A DNA stretch of 64,000 nt from a virus (IMGVR_UViG_3300045988_129382:1-64000); one strand, 5' to 3'; shown: positions 35,763 to 44,109, counted from the stretch's first letter. A program made the numbers and translations. The notes: generated from the sequence alone by a model not told the origin.

Positions 35763-35777
35763 ACCTACCTCTTTTTT
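35750..35777 (+). terminator. Intrinsic terminator
   Basis: Stem AGAGGTAG / CTACCTCT followed by TTTTTT. Confidence 0.75.
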
Positions 35778-35786
35778 ATTTAATAC

Positions 35787-35815
35787 TTTACAATACTTTA
35801 CACCTATGTTATACT
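35787..35815 (+). promoter_or_regulatory. Sigma-A-type promoter: TTTACA, 17-nt spacer, TATACT
   Basis: Read directly. Confidence 0.65.
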
Positions 35816-35869
35816 ATATATGTACCAGTTAGGTAGTAAATATATTGTCTTTCAAAAGGAGAAACAAAA

Positions 35870-36049
35870 ATGGAAATGTTAAGTGGTTTACCTTGTATCT
35901 TAGTTATTGTATGGGGTTTAGCTTATGTGTGGTTTATTTCAAAAGGTTATAGACCTACTAAGTGGTATAAATTAATTGGTATCATTCTAGTAGTATTATC
36001 TCTATTAGATGTATTTGTTATCAATGCAGATTTATACCCTAAGTATTGA
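35870..36049 (+). CDS. Small membrane protein, 59 aa, below the track size cutoff
   Basis: AAAGGAGA SD; two hydrophobic segments. Confidence 0.5.
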   Translation: MEMLSGLPCILVIVWGLAYVWFISKGYRPTKWYKLIGIILVVLSLLDVFVINADLYPKY

Positions 36050-36081
36050 GTTACTTAGGGTATATCAGAAGGGGATATAAA

Positions 36082-36234
36082 ATGATTGTAGTAGCTTTCG
36101 TGGTAATTGTAGTTATGGTGTATGTAACTATGGTTGGTAGTAAAATTCATGAAGAGTGTGATAGATATGATTCTATTAAGACATATAACACTCTTAAAAA
36201 TGATAGAGAGTTTCTTAGAAAGATTGGGGGTTAA
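36082..36234 (+). CDS. Small membrane protein. Start moved to ATG 36082.
   Basis: AGAAGGGGA SD upstream; N-terminal TM segment. Confidence 0.5.
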   Translation: MIVVAFVVIVVMVYVTMVGSKIHEECDRYDSIKTYNTLKNDREFLRKIGG

Positions 36235-36236
36235 TT

Positions 36237-36659
36237 ATGTTTTTACCTGTAATTGGTTTATGCATACTGTTATTGCTTGTATATGTAGCAGTAACATTGT
36301 TTAAGATTAGAAAGAATTATCACTTTAAAGATGCTAGTCATTTTGAAGTGGTAACTGTAGAGAGGGATACTAATTTAATTCCTTTCATTGTTGATTTTAT
36401 TGGTAAGTTGGTTCTACCTATGGCTGTTTTAACTGTGGAAAGTTATACATGGTGTGCTATTTTGTTATTTGTATTTGTTATCTTCGGTTTTTATTCTATT
36501 CGTGTAGATATGAATTTCTTATATGCGTTAATTTTTAATGTGTATAAAGTTAAGACAGAAGATGGTATTGTATATACAGTATTCTCTTTTGAAGACATTA
36601 CCACTATTACTAGTGGTAAATACTTGGAGGTTGGTAATGGTGTCCTCTTATACAGATGA
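36237..36659 (+). CDS. Multi-pass membrane protein, 140 aa
   Basis: Three hydrophobic segments. Confidence 0.65.
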   Translation: MFLPVIGLCILLLLVYVAVTLFKIRKNYHFKDASHFEVVTVERDTNLIPFIVDFIGKLVLPMAVLTVESYTWCAILLFVFVIFGFYSIRVDMNFLYALIFNVYKVKTEDGIVYTVFSFEDITTITSGKYLEVGNGVLLYR

Positions 36660-37107
36660 AGTAAATACTAAGCATCATATCATTAATAGTGAGATAACAA
36701 GACCACATCTTGTTAAGGCATTAGATAAAGATGATGCTACAAAAGAGTATATTGGTTTTTATTATGGGTATGTTATTAAGCATAGTCATTTTACAGATGA
36801 GCGTAAGGATTATCTGTTACTCATTGATGAAGCTACATTACAAAAAGATGCAAGTGTGTCTAGGGTAGAGATTGATTATAATACGATTAGGAAGTCTACT
36901 GGTGTGTTAGATAATAATGGTAGGTTGTTATTTGTAGGGGATATCATTTCTTTTGTTAATAGGGATGATGTTAAATATATTATTGTTAAGGGTTACAATG
37001 GTTTTTGTTATATGGGTATAGATAACAAAGACACAACAAAGATTCCTTTAATGTGTAATAAGTATAAAGATAATGTTAATACAGATATTGTATATGTGGA
37101 GGGTTAA
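36637..37107 (+). CDS. YopX-like protein. Start moved to ATG 36637.
   Basis: GGAGG SD upstream; STGVLDNNGRLLFVGDII fits the YopX core pattern. Confidence 0.5.
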   Translation: MVSSYTDEVNTKHHIINSEITRPHLVKALDKDDATKEYIGFYYGYVIKHSHFTDERKDYLLLIDEATLQKDASVSRVEIDYNTIRKSTGVLDNNGRLLFVGDIISFVNRDDVKYIIVKGYNGFCYMGIDNKDTTKIPLMCNKYKDNVNTDIVYVEG

Positions 37108-37110
37108 GAT

Positions 37111-37395
37111 ATGTCAGTTGAATTGATTACATCACAAATCAGTACATTAGAAGAGAGAATTAAGGTTTCAAAACAATTATTATCTAAAATTGATAATTTA
37201 AGTGATACAGATACAAATACAATGAAGAAACAAATTAATGATTGCATTGTAAGTTTTGAGGTTCTTAATTTCTTGTTAATGGAACGTCAAGTCATTGAAA
37301 CAAAGGAAGAAGAACTTAATTCTGTACTAAATACAGCAGAAGATGTAGAAGTTCCTACACAGACTGTAGGTTTAGATGGTGATATCATTGAGTAG
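37111..37395 (+). CDS. Hypothetical coiled-coil-like protein, 94 aa
   Basis: ORF track entry. Confidence 0.6.
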   Translation: MSVELITSQISTLEERIKVSKQLLSKIDNLSDTDTNTMKKQINDCIVSFEVLNFLLMERQVIETKEEELNSVLNTAEDVEVPTQTVGLDGDIIE

Positions 37396-37594
37396 TTTAG
37401 CGTTAAGTATTATAGGTGGGTTTGTTTTAATCGTACCTACAGTGTTGTTTCTATACGTTATGATTCAATTATTGTTTAGAGTATTAAGAAATGATATAAT
37501 ATTTTCTAGTGGATTTATACATTTATTAGTTGTATATGCTATCGTATTTAGTATTTGTTTTATTGGTGCATATGTTGTATACATATGTAATTAA
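37376..37594 (+). CDS. Small membrane protein with two TM segments
   Basis: Hydrophobic segments; the start is uncertain. Confidence 0.55.
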   Translation: MVISLSSLALSIIGGFVLIVPTVLFLYVMIQLLFRVLRNDIIFSSGFIHLLVVYAIVFSICFIGAYVVYICN

Positions 37595-37605
37595 GAGGTG
37601 ATGCA

Positions 37606-38178
37606 ATGGCAAGTAAGGATTATATTTTTAAAATGTTAGCCGCAAGTTCTCACAGTAAGGATGCTAGGGAAGAACATGATTTTTATTCAACAGAGCCTAA
37701 GGCTGTTGAGGATTTGTTGCGTTATGTAGATTTACAGCATAAAGTTACTGAGCCTAGTTGTGGGAATGGTAATATTGCTAATGTGTTACTTTCTCATGGG
37801 CATGAGGTAGATGCTTATGATTTAATTGATAGGGGTTTTGGTTATACAAAAGACTTCTTATCTGATAATACTCAGATTGATGGTGATATCGTAATGAACC
37901 CACCATACAAATATGCTATGGAACATGTATCACATGGTATGAGTATTTTAAAAGATGGAGGGAAGTTATGTGCTTTTCTTAAAGTACAGTTTCTTGAAAG
38001 TCAAAAACGTAAACCTTTGTTTGATGCATATCCATTAAAGTATATGTATGTGTTCAGAAAACGTACTAATTCTTATCGCAATGATGATAGGAGTTTAGGT
38101 GGTAGTGCTGTGTGCTATTGTTGGTATGTGTGGGAAAAAGGCTATAAAGGTGAGCCTACTATTCGCTGGATTGACTAA
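37606..38178 (+). CDS. N6-adenine DNA methyltransferase, orphan
   Basis: Motif I EPSCGNGNI and motif IV NPPY; no restriction endonuclease partner is seen. Confidence 0.75.
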   Translation: MASKDYIFKMLAASSHSKDAREEHDFYSTEPKAVEDLLRYVDLQHKVTEPSCGNGNIANVLLSHGHEVDAYDLIDRGFGYTKDFLSDNTQIDGDIVMNPPYKYAMEHVSHGMSILKDGGKLCAFLKVQFLESQKRKPLFDAYPLKYMYVFRKRTNSYRNDDRSLGGSAVCYCWYVWEKGYKGEPTIRWID

Positions 38179-38185
38179 TTAATAG

Positions 38186-38243
38186 AGTATTTGTATGTAA
38201 GTATGCTTAAATCTGTTGTATACTATTATATACAAATACTTTT
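38186..38243 (+). terminator. Long hairpin with a T-run; possible terminator
   Basis: 11-bp stem AGTATTTGTAT / ATACAAATACT with a 33-nt loop, followed by TTTT. Confidence 0.4.
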
Positions 38244-38263
38244 ATATTATAGGGGGGATTAAA

Positions 38264-38962
38264 ATGGATAAGTATGGTAGAGTTATTTATGATAAAAATT
38301 TTCATACTAAAAACTTCATACTACACTATAAGAATCTGATTGATGTAAATAAGTTTAAAGCAGATAGGGTTTCTTATGGTAAGCGTATTGATATGTTATC
38401 TAAGCTGTTGTCTAACATAGATATTAATAAGAATATCCTATTTATTGGTGGGCAGGACATACATCGTGAGTTATTCTTGGCTATGTTGAGTAAGTTTGAA
38501 ACATTACAATCGTATTACTATTGTAGTATGATGCAATTACATGATATCTTTTGGGGTAATAGGGGTAGTGAAAATACTCATTTAATGGATGAGGATAAGA
38601 TGTATTCTCTACAGGATATTACTGAACGTGTATTGTGTTTGTACATCAATAGGGAAATGATTCCTACACGTAATGCTAGTGTAGTTGGTACTGTTATCAC
38701 TAATCGATGTATGTTACCTAATAAAGTAAATTGGTTATATTTTCATGGTTTTACATCTGATATGCTAGATAGAGATGGTTTTAAGTCTATTTATGATTTA
38801 TTTAAGTCAGGTGATACATTTACTATTATAGATTTAAATAAAGATATTCCTACTATCTTTAATGAAGATGTTAAGGTTAGCAAAAAGCGTAAAAGTACTA
38901 CAAATAAAGTTGTTAAAGAAGAGATAGTAGAGACTTCTAACAATGTTTCTGATTTATATTGA
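38264..38962 (+). CDS. Hypothetical protein placed where a helicase loader would sit. Start moved to ATG 38264.
   Basis: GGGGGGA SD upstream; no Walker A motif, so the loader role rests on position only. Confidence 0.6.
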   Translation: MDKYGRVIYDKNFHTKNFILHYKNLIDVNKFKADRVSYGKRIDMLSKLLSNIDINKNILFIGGQDIHRELFLAMLSKFETLQSYYYCSMMQLHDIFWGNRGSENTHLMDEDKMYSLQDITERVLCLYINREMIPTRNASVVGTVITNRCMLPNKVNWLYFHGFTSDMLDRDGFKSIYDLFKSGDTFTIIDLNKDIPTIFNEDVKVSKKRKSTTNKVVKEEIVETSNNVSDLY

Positions 38963-38977
38963 TAAGGGAGTGAGTTA

Positions 38978-41296
38978 ATGAGAAATGTAATATATTCGTG
39001 TTTATCTAAGTCAGACCCTTATTATGTGGATTATCTTAGAATCTTTGAAGAGGAAGCTGATAATTATAAGAAACAATTTAAGATTGATGGTGTACTTAGT
39101 GATGTAGAACGTAAATTCATGGACTTTATTATAAAGTCGTATGAGGTAAGTGGTGAGACTCCTAGCTTAGATTTGTTTGTTAAAATGTTTAGTGAGTATC
39201 CTGTAGAGGATGATTTACGTGTAGCAGAAGAGATTGGTATAAACGATTTTAGGGTGTATATTTTTAACTTAATTGATAAGAGGGTTAATAAGTATATTGC
39301 TAATCGGTTAGATGAGTTAAATGCTAAGGTAAAGAGTGATGGTATTACAGATGATATTGCACAAGAGTTTACTAAGTTAACATCATTGTCTAATCGTAAT
39401 AAAGCTAAGGATATCAATATTGAAATAGATTCTAAGCAAGAGTATGATAATAAGAAGTTACGACCTGTTGGTTTAGTTACAGGTATACCTGAGATTGATG
39501 ATAAGATAGGTGGTATGAGTCCTGGCACTGTTACTACGATTGCTGGTTTTACTTCTCAATACAAGTGTGTATCAGAAAATGAACGTGTGTATACTAATAG
39601 AGGTCTTTTAACAATGAAAGAGATTTACAATATTGGTGTACATAGTGATTTGATGATACAGTCAGAATTTGGTATGCGTAAACTTGTAGCAGTACATGAT
39701 GAGGGTGTTAAGAATTCATATATCATTTATATAGGTGGTATTCCTATTGAAACATCTCCTATACATAGATTTAGGGTTTTAACTGATAATGGTTTAGAGT
39801 GGGTTGAAGCACAAAATCTTAAATGTGGTGATAGAGTTGTACAGTCATTGAAGAAATGTACACATGATGGTTATCGTGGTAATGAGTCTTATTGGGTAGG
39901 AAAGGCTAAGTTAATTGCTAAGACACGAGAATGTTTTGATGATACTTTATTTACTGAAAGTTTAAATTGTTGGAAGGCTTTTATCAGTGAGTTATTTAGA
40001 CATATAGGTTATGTAATTAAGGGTGGAAAAACCTTTATGTATTTTCTTAATGATAAGAAAGCATATTCTGTAAGTCGTTTATTATCAGCAATAGGGATTT
40101 CTACTGTTTTTGTAAATAGTAAGTTATTTATTAAAGGTTCAGTGTCATTACATCATTTTATTAATGTAGTTGGTGCTGATACATATAGTGAAGTTGCTAA
40201 CAATTTATCTTTATCTGAAATGCATGATGAAGATTTGGGTAACAGTGAATTTATTCCTATCTCTAAAGATGATATCTATGAGTTCTTTGGTTCTGAGTTA
40301 ACATGGAATACTGTTACAGATATTGAACAGTCTGAGTGCTATATGTATGATTTGACAGTTGATGGTTCTCCTACATATTGTTTAAATGGGTATGTAACAC
40401 ATAATACAACCATGTCGTTGAATATTGCACATCTTAACGCTTATGAGCTAGGGTATAATATTTGTTATTTATCACTAGAGACTCCAAAGGAAGATATTAA
40501 TTGGAACTTGTTATCATGTCATAGTTATAGTACTAAATTCCAACGATATAACTTTGTATCACATGCTAAGATGCGATGGGGTACGATGACAGATGATGAG
40601 GAAGATTTTATTTTTAATGAAGTAGAACCTGATTTAAAGAATGATTATATTGATGATGAGGGTAATACAAGAAAACGTGGTAAGGTTATTATTTTAGATG
40701 AGTCTGATTTCAAGACTTTCTCTTTTGGTGAGATTTCTAGTGTTATAGAGAAAGTAGACGATAAGTTAGGTGGTAAGCTTGATTGTGTTATCGTAGATTA
40801 TATTCAGTTATGTAAGTTTAGTGGTCAGGGTGTTACGTATGATGCTAACTCACAGATTAATAGTTATGTGACATTCTTTAGACGTTTAGCACAAAATTTC
40901 AAGAAAGAGATTAAGGAAGATGGTACTGAGGAAGTACGTCAGTTAACAATGATATTGTTAGCACAGATTAATCGTAGTTCTTGGCAAAAAGCAAGTAGGA
41001 ATGATGGTAGATATGATATTACATGTTTAGCAGATGCGAATGAGTTAGAACGTGGTAGTGCTAGGGTATTTACTACTTATACATCAGAGGATTTGAAAGC
41101 TAGAAAATCTGCACAAGTACAAATACTTAAAAATCGTGCTGGTCAGACAATGTATGACCCAGTAACTGTGTATGCTGATGGTGAGGCATATGTGTTTATG
41201 TCTGAGGATGGTATGAATAGTAGTTTTGGTGGTGATGGTCTAGCTAGTGTTGAAAGTGCATTCGCTAGTATGGACGATTCATTTGATTTCTTATAA
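38978..41296 (+). CDS. dnaB: DnaB-family replicative helicase precursor containing an intein
   Basis: Extein motifs are AGFTSQYK/TTMSLNIA (Walker A region), IVDYIQL, LAQINRS and ILKNRAGQT. A 280-aa insertion is bounded by Cys and His-Asn. Confidence 0.85.
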   Translation: MRNVIYSCLSKSDPYYVDYLRIFEEEADNYKKQFKIDGVLSDVERKFMDFIIKSYEVSGETPSLDLFVKMFSEYPVEDDLRVAEEIGINDFRVYIFNLIDKRVNKYIANRLDELNAKVKSDGITDDIAQEFTKLTSLSNRNKAKDINIEIDSKQEYDNKKLRPVGLVTGIPEIDDKIGGMSPGTVTTIAGFTSQYKCVSENERVYTNRGLLTMKEIYNIGVHSDLMIQSEFGMRKLVAVHDEGVKNSYIIYIGGIPIETSPIHRFRVLTDNGLEWVEAQNLKCGDRVVQSLKKCTHDGYRGNESYWVGKAKLIAKTRECFDDTLFTESLNCWKAFISELFRHIGYVIKGGKTFMYFLNDKKAYSVSRLLSAIGISTVFVNSKLFIKGSVSLHHFINVVGADTYSEVANNLSLSEMHDEDLGNSEFIPISKDDIYEFFGSELTWNTVTDIEQSECYMYDLTVDGSPTYCLNGYVTHNTTMSLNIAHLNAYELGYNICYLSLETPKEDINWNLLSCHSYSTKFQRYNFVSHAKMRWGTMTDDEEDFIFNEVEPDLKNDYIDDEGNTRKRGKVIILDESDFKTFSFGEISSVIEKVDDKLGGKLDCVIVDYIQLCKFSGQGVTYDANSQINSYVTFFRRLAQNFKKEIKEDGTEEVRQLTMILLAQINRSSWQKASRNDGRYDITCLADANELERGSARVFTTYTSEDLKARKSAQVQILKNRAGQTMYDPVTVYADGEAYVFMSEDGMNSSFGGDGLASVESAFASMDDSFDFL
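39566..40405 (+). mobile_element. Intein, 280 aa, inserted in the helicase P-loop; contains a degenerate LAGLIDADG-like endonuclease region
   Basis: Starts at Cys197 (CVSENERVYT). Block B is ETSPIH. Blocks F/G are YMYDLTVDG...GYVTHN, followed by Thr at the +1 position. The middle region includes WKAFISELFRHIGYV and SRLLSAIGIS. Confidence 0.8.
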
Positions 41297-41308
41297 TGAG
41301 GTGATAAT

Positions 41309-41470
41309 ATGAGTTCATTTACGTATAAAGGCAAAACATATAATTTTGCTCAGGATGTAGATATTCATTCTAATGGTAAGTGTGTAGCTACATTGACAGA
41401 TGAAAATAATAAAACATGTGAGTTAACTTTTGTTGATGGTGAGTTAGTATCTATTACAGAAATTAATTAG
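41309..41470 (+). CDS. Small ORF, 53 aa, below the track size cutoff
   Basis: TGAGGTGA SD before ATG 41309. Confidence 0.5.
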   Translation: MSSFTYKGKTYNFAQDVDIHSNGKCVATLTDENNKTCELTFVDGELVSITEIN

Positions 41471-41475
41471 TTATA

Positions 41476-41503
41476 TTGTTTTATATCATAATTGTGCTAT
41501 AAT
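41476..41503 (+). promoter_or_regulatory. Promoter: TTGTTT, 16-nt spacer, extended -10 TGcTATAAT
   Basis: Read directly. Confidence 0.55.
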
Positions 41504-41514
41504 TTATGTATATA

Positions 41515-41555
41515 ATAGTAGTGTTGTTAGATAAACTAGTAACACTACTATTTTT
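41515..41555 (+). terminator. Intrinsic terminator or attenuator hairpin, placed immediately downstream of the promoter
   Basis: 11-bp stem ATAGTAGTGTT / AACACTACTAT followed by TTTTT. Confidence 0.65.
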
Positions 41556-41585
41556 AGGATAAGATAATTAAAAGGATATTCATAG

Positions 41586-42386
41586 ATGGGACAATTAGAT
41601 AAATTAACTAAAAGCTACGAGCAACATATTATTAAATGTAGAGTAGAGGGTGATAGGGCAATTCTTGCCGTATTATCAGATGTGCATCAAGGTTTAAATG
41701 ATAGAAAGTATTTACAAGATACTGTTAAATTTCTATTATCATTAGGTGATAGGTGTAAAGTGATTCTTGGTGGTGATTGTACCAATACAACAACTAAGAA
41801 CTCAAAAGGTAATGTACTTGAAGAGTGGTGTAGTGGTAGTGAGCAGATTTACACTTTAGTAGATGATATTAGACCTTTATATGAAAGTGGACAGCTTATT
41901 GGTATTGTAGAGGGTAATCACCCTAAACGTGCATATAATGATGCGTATATTACTATTGAAGAGATGATAGCTAGTCTGTTGGGGGATAAATCATTGTATA
42001 AGGGTTGTATGGGTATTGTTTACTTTAATGTAAACGATAATCTATATGTACATCAAATTTTGCATAAACATCGTTCTACTGAAGGTGCATATGATTTCTT
42101 TAATGCTGATGTAAATTGGTTTGAGCATAAACATAAGCCTATGACTAGAGCAAGGGTTAAGATTGAACACAATAAGTTTGTTAAAAAACCAGTAGCACGT
42201 CAAGTGTGGGATATTTATCAATCTAGTTTTCAAGTATTCCCTGATTATGCTAAGAGTGCTGGTTATAAACCTAGTGTGAGTGGATATTACTTGTGTGAAA
42301 TGAGTGGTAATAAGCATAATCGAATTGCTACACCGTATTTTGATAGTGATTTTAGGAATTTAATTAAGAATGGATATGAGTTCTAG
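41586..42386 (+). CDS. Metallophosphoesterase, second copy in the window
   Basis: Motifs LSDVHQG, GGDCTN and EGNHP. Confidence 0.65.
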   Translation: MGQLDKLTKSYEQHIIKCRVEGDRAILAVLSDVHQGLNDRKYLQDTVKFLLSLGDRCKVILGGDCTNTTTKNSKGNVLEEWCSGSEQIYTLVDDIRPLYESGQLIGIVEGNHPKRAYNDAYITIEEMIASLLGDKSLYKGCMGIVYFNVNDNLYVHQILHKHRSTEGAYDFFNADVNWFEHKHKPMTRARVKIEHNKFVKKPVARQVWDIYQSSFQVFPDYAKSAGYKPSVSGYYLCEMSGNKHNRIATPYFDSDFRNLIKNGYEF

Positions 42387-42487
42387 ATATACTTTTGTAT
42401 ATTTATAACAGAATTTAATGTATTTTCCCTGGGATATACAAATAAGTATTCGTTAAGGAGTTTGTTTTATTCATAAAAGGAGATATT
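42376..42487 (+). promoter_or_regulatory. Copy 2 of the duplicated leader; includes the same mini-ORF MSSRYTFVYL at 42376-42408
   Basis: About 90 percent identical to 29115-29228. The mini-ORF start overlaps the end of gene 41586-42386. Confidence 0.6.
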
Positions 42488-42880
42488 GTGTTTAGAGAAA
42501 AATCTAAGTTAGATGGTTGGATTGATACGATTGATGGTTTCATTGAGTTAGATGATGGACATGCAGTAGCATCTAATGTTATTTCAAATGCTAAAGAGTT
42601 CATTAAATCAGTATATGGTTTAGATAGTACTAATCCATGGTATCGTAGATGTGGTGTTACAATTACTTCTTCAACGATTGGTAGTATTCTTATCTCTATT
42701 GAAGCTGTGAATGGTACACATTTAGATGTTGAGTTTTTACCTACAGATATTATTAGTATGTATCATTACGATACATTAAGTGATGAGCATAATGTTGTAG
42801 ATTTAATGTACATTGATTCTATGACAGTTGATGATGCTATTAAAGAGTTTACTGATGTATTAGATAATAGTGGCATTTAA
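42488..42880 (+). CDS. Hypothetical protein, 130 aa, GTG start
   Basis: AAAGGAGA SD upstream. Confidence 0.6.
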   Translation: MFREKSKLDGWIDTIDGFIELDDGHAVASNVISNAKEFIKSVYGLDSTNPWYRRCGVTITSSTIGSILISIEAVNGTHLDVEFLPTDIISMYHYDTLSDEHNVVDLMYIDSMTVDDAIKEFTDVLDNSGI

Positions 42881-42906
42881 TTAATATTTTAAAGGGGGAT
42901 TATATT

Positions 42907-43236
42907 ATGGTAGTACATTCAGAAGAGGATATTATTGAGTTAATTAAGTTCTTTAGGAAAGAATATAATACACTAGATTTAAATAATCAATGTAAGAATG
43001 TAATTGATTTTGTAAAAGGAACAAAATTAGAAAGACCTATGTCTTGTACTGATGTTGATGTGTCTGTACATGAAGATAGCACAATTACAATTAGTTATAC
43101 AGTTAAAGAGTGGGAAATTAATTTTATATTCTTCGCTGATAATCAAGTACATGTTCAAGAGTGTACTAATCATGTAACTAAGTTTGAGAATGTAAAACGT
43201 GCAATTATGTACGCTAATAGATTTTTGTGTATATAG
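42907..43236 (+). CDS. Hypothetical protein, 109 aa
   Basis: AAGGGGGA SD upstream. Confidence 0.65.
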   Translation: MVVHSEEDIIELIKFFRKEYNTLDLNNQCKNVIDFVKGTKLERPMSCTDVDVSVHEDSTITISYTVKEWEINFIFFADNQVHVQECTNHVTKFENVKRAIMYANRFLCI

Positions 43237-43243
43237 GTGATAT

Positions 43244-43414
43244 ATGGGATTAGTTTCTTTTATTATAGTGTTGACGATTTTTGTATTAGTACTATCTATG
43301 ATACAGGATTATTTTGCTGACAAGAGCATGTGGTATTATCTATTAACTGTTTCAACTATGCTCCTGTTATTCGTTTTGTCTATGATTGGGATAGAGCTAT
43401 TATTTAGGGGTTAG
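43244..43414 (+). CDS. Small membrane protein, 56 aa, two TM segments, below the track size cutoff
   Basis: AGGTGA SD upstream; hydrophobic segments. Confidence 0.5.
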   Translation: MGLVSFIIVLTIFVLVLSMIQDYFADKSMWYYLLTVSTMLLLFVLSMIGIELLFRG

Positions 43415-43417
43415 ATT

Positions 43418-43588
43418 ATGATTTTTATTATTGTGTTTATGTTTCTTATTGTGTCATTTTTGTATACATTTTTTACGTTTTGTGATACTGAAAAATTTAA
43501 TAGTAATAGGGAATGTATAGTTTACATGTTAGTATCTTATACTGTTATAACTCTTTTATCGTGTTTAGTTTGGTATGTTACTAAATAA
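43418..43588 (+). CDS. Small membrane protein, 56 aa, two TM segments, below the track size cutoff
   Basis: Same size and topology as the neighbouring small membrane protein. Confidence 0.5.
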   Translation: MIFIIVFMFLIVSFLYTFFTFCDTEKFNSNRECIVYMLVSYTVITLLSCLVWYVTK

Positions 43589-43600
43589 AGTTAATTAGTT

Positions 43601-43632
43601 GAGTGTATGATTCGTTCATACACTCTTTTTTG
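43601..43632 (+). terminator. Intrinsic terminator
   Basis: Stem GAGTGTATGA / TCATACACTC followed by TTTTTT. Confidence 0.8.
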
Positions 43633-43661
43633 TTTACAAAACTTTACACTTATGGTAAGAT
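43633..43661 (+). promoter_or_regulatory. Sigma-A-type promoter: TTTACA, 17-nt spacer, TAAGAT
   Basis: Read directly. Confidence 0.55.
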
Positions 43662-43707
43662 TACTTTGTAGATATATTACTTATAATATTTAAAAGGAGA
43701 TTAAGTT

Positions 43708-44109
43708 GTGGGTAAGGTTCTTAGTAGAATTAAAAGACGTGGTAATACACATTTAATTACTGATTTCATTCGTAGTTTACATGAGTATGGTATGCGGACA
43801 AAAGATGTATTATTTATCATGACTAGCTGTGGTTACATGACATGGGAAGATTTCTGTGATGTAGCAAGACATGATTATTATAATAGAGGTTATGGTTCTC
43901 CTGAGGTAGCGATTGATTTGAGGATATTCACTACTAAAGGCTATTTCTATCGTCATGAGATTTGCGATGGTATGGAAGAGTGGAGATTTCATTATACTGA
44001 ACATGAAATGTCTAATCGTAAATTAGATACAAAAGATGTAAAGTCATTTGTAGGTGGTCATTGGTCTACCTTGTCTGAAATTATTAAGAGGGGTAATGAG
44101 GATGTATAG
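43708..44109 (+). CDS. Hypothetical protein, 133 aa, GTG start
   Basis: AAAGGAGA SD upstream. Confidence 0.65.
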   Translation: MGKVLSRIKRRGNTHLITDFIRSLHEYGMRTKDVLFIMTSCGYMTWEDFCDVARHDYYNRGYGSPEVAIDLRIFTTKGYFYRHEICDGMEEWRFHYTEHEMSNRKLDTKDVKSFVGGHWSTLSEIIKRGNEDV

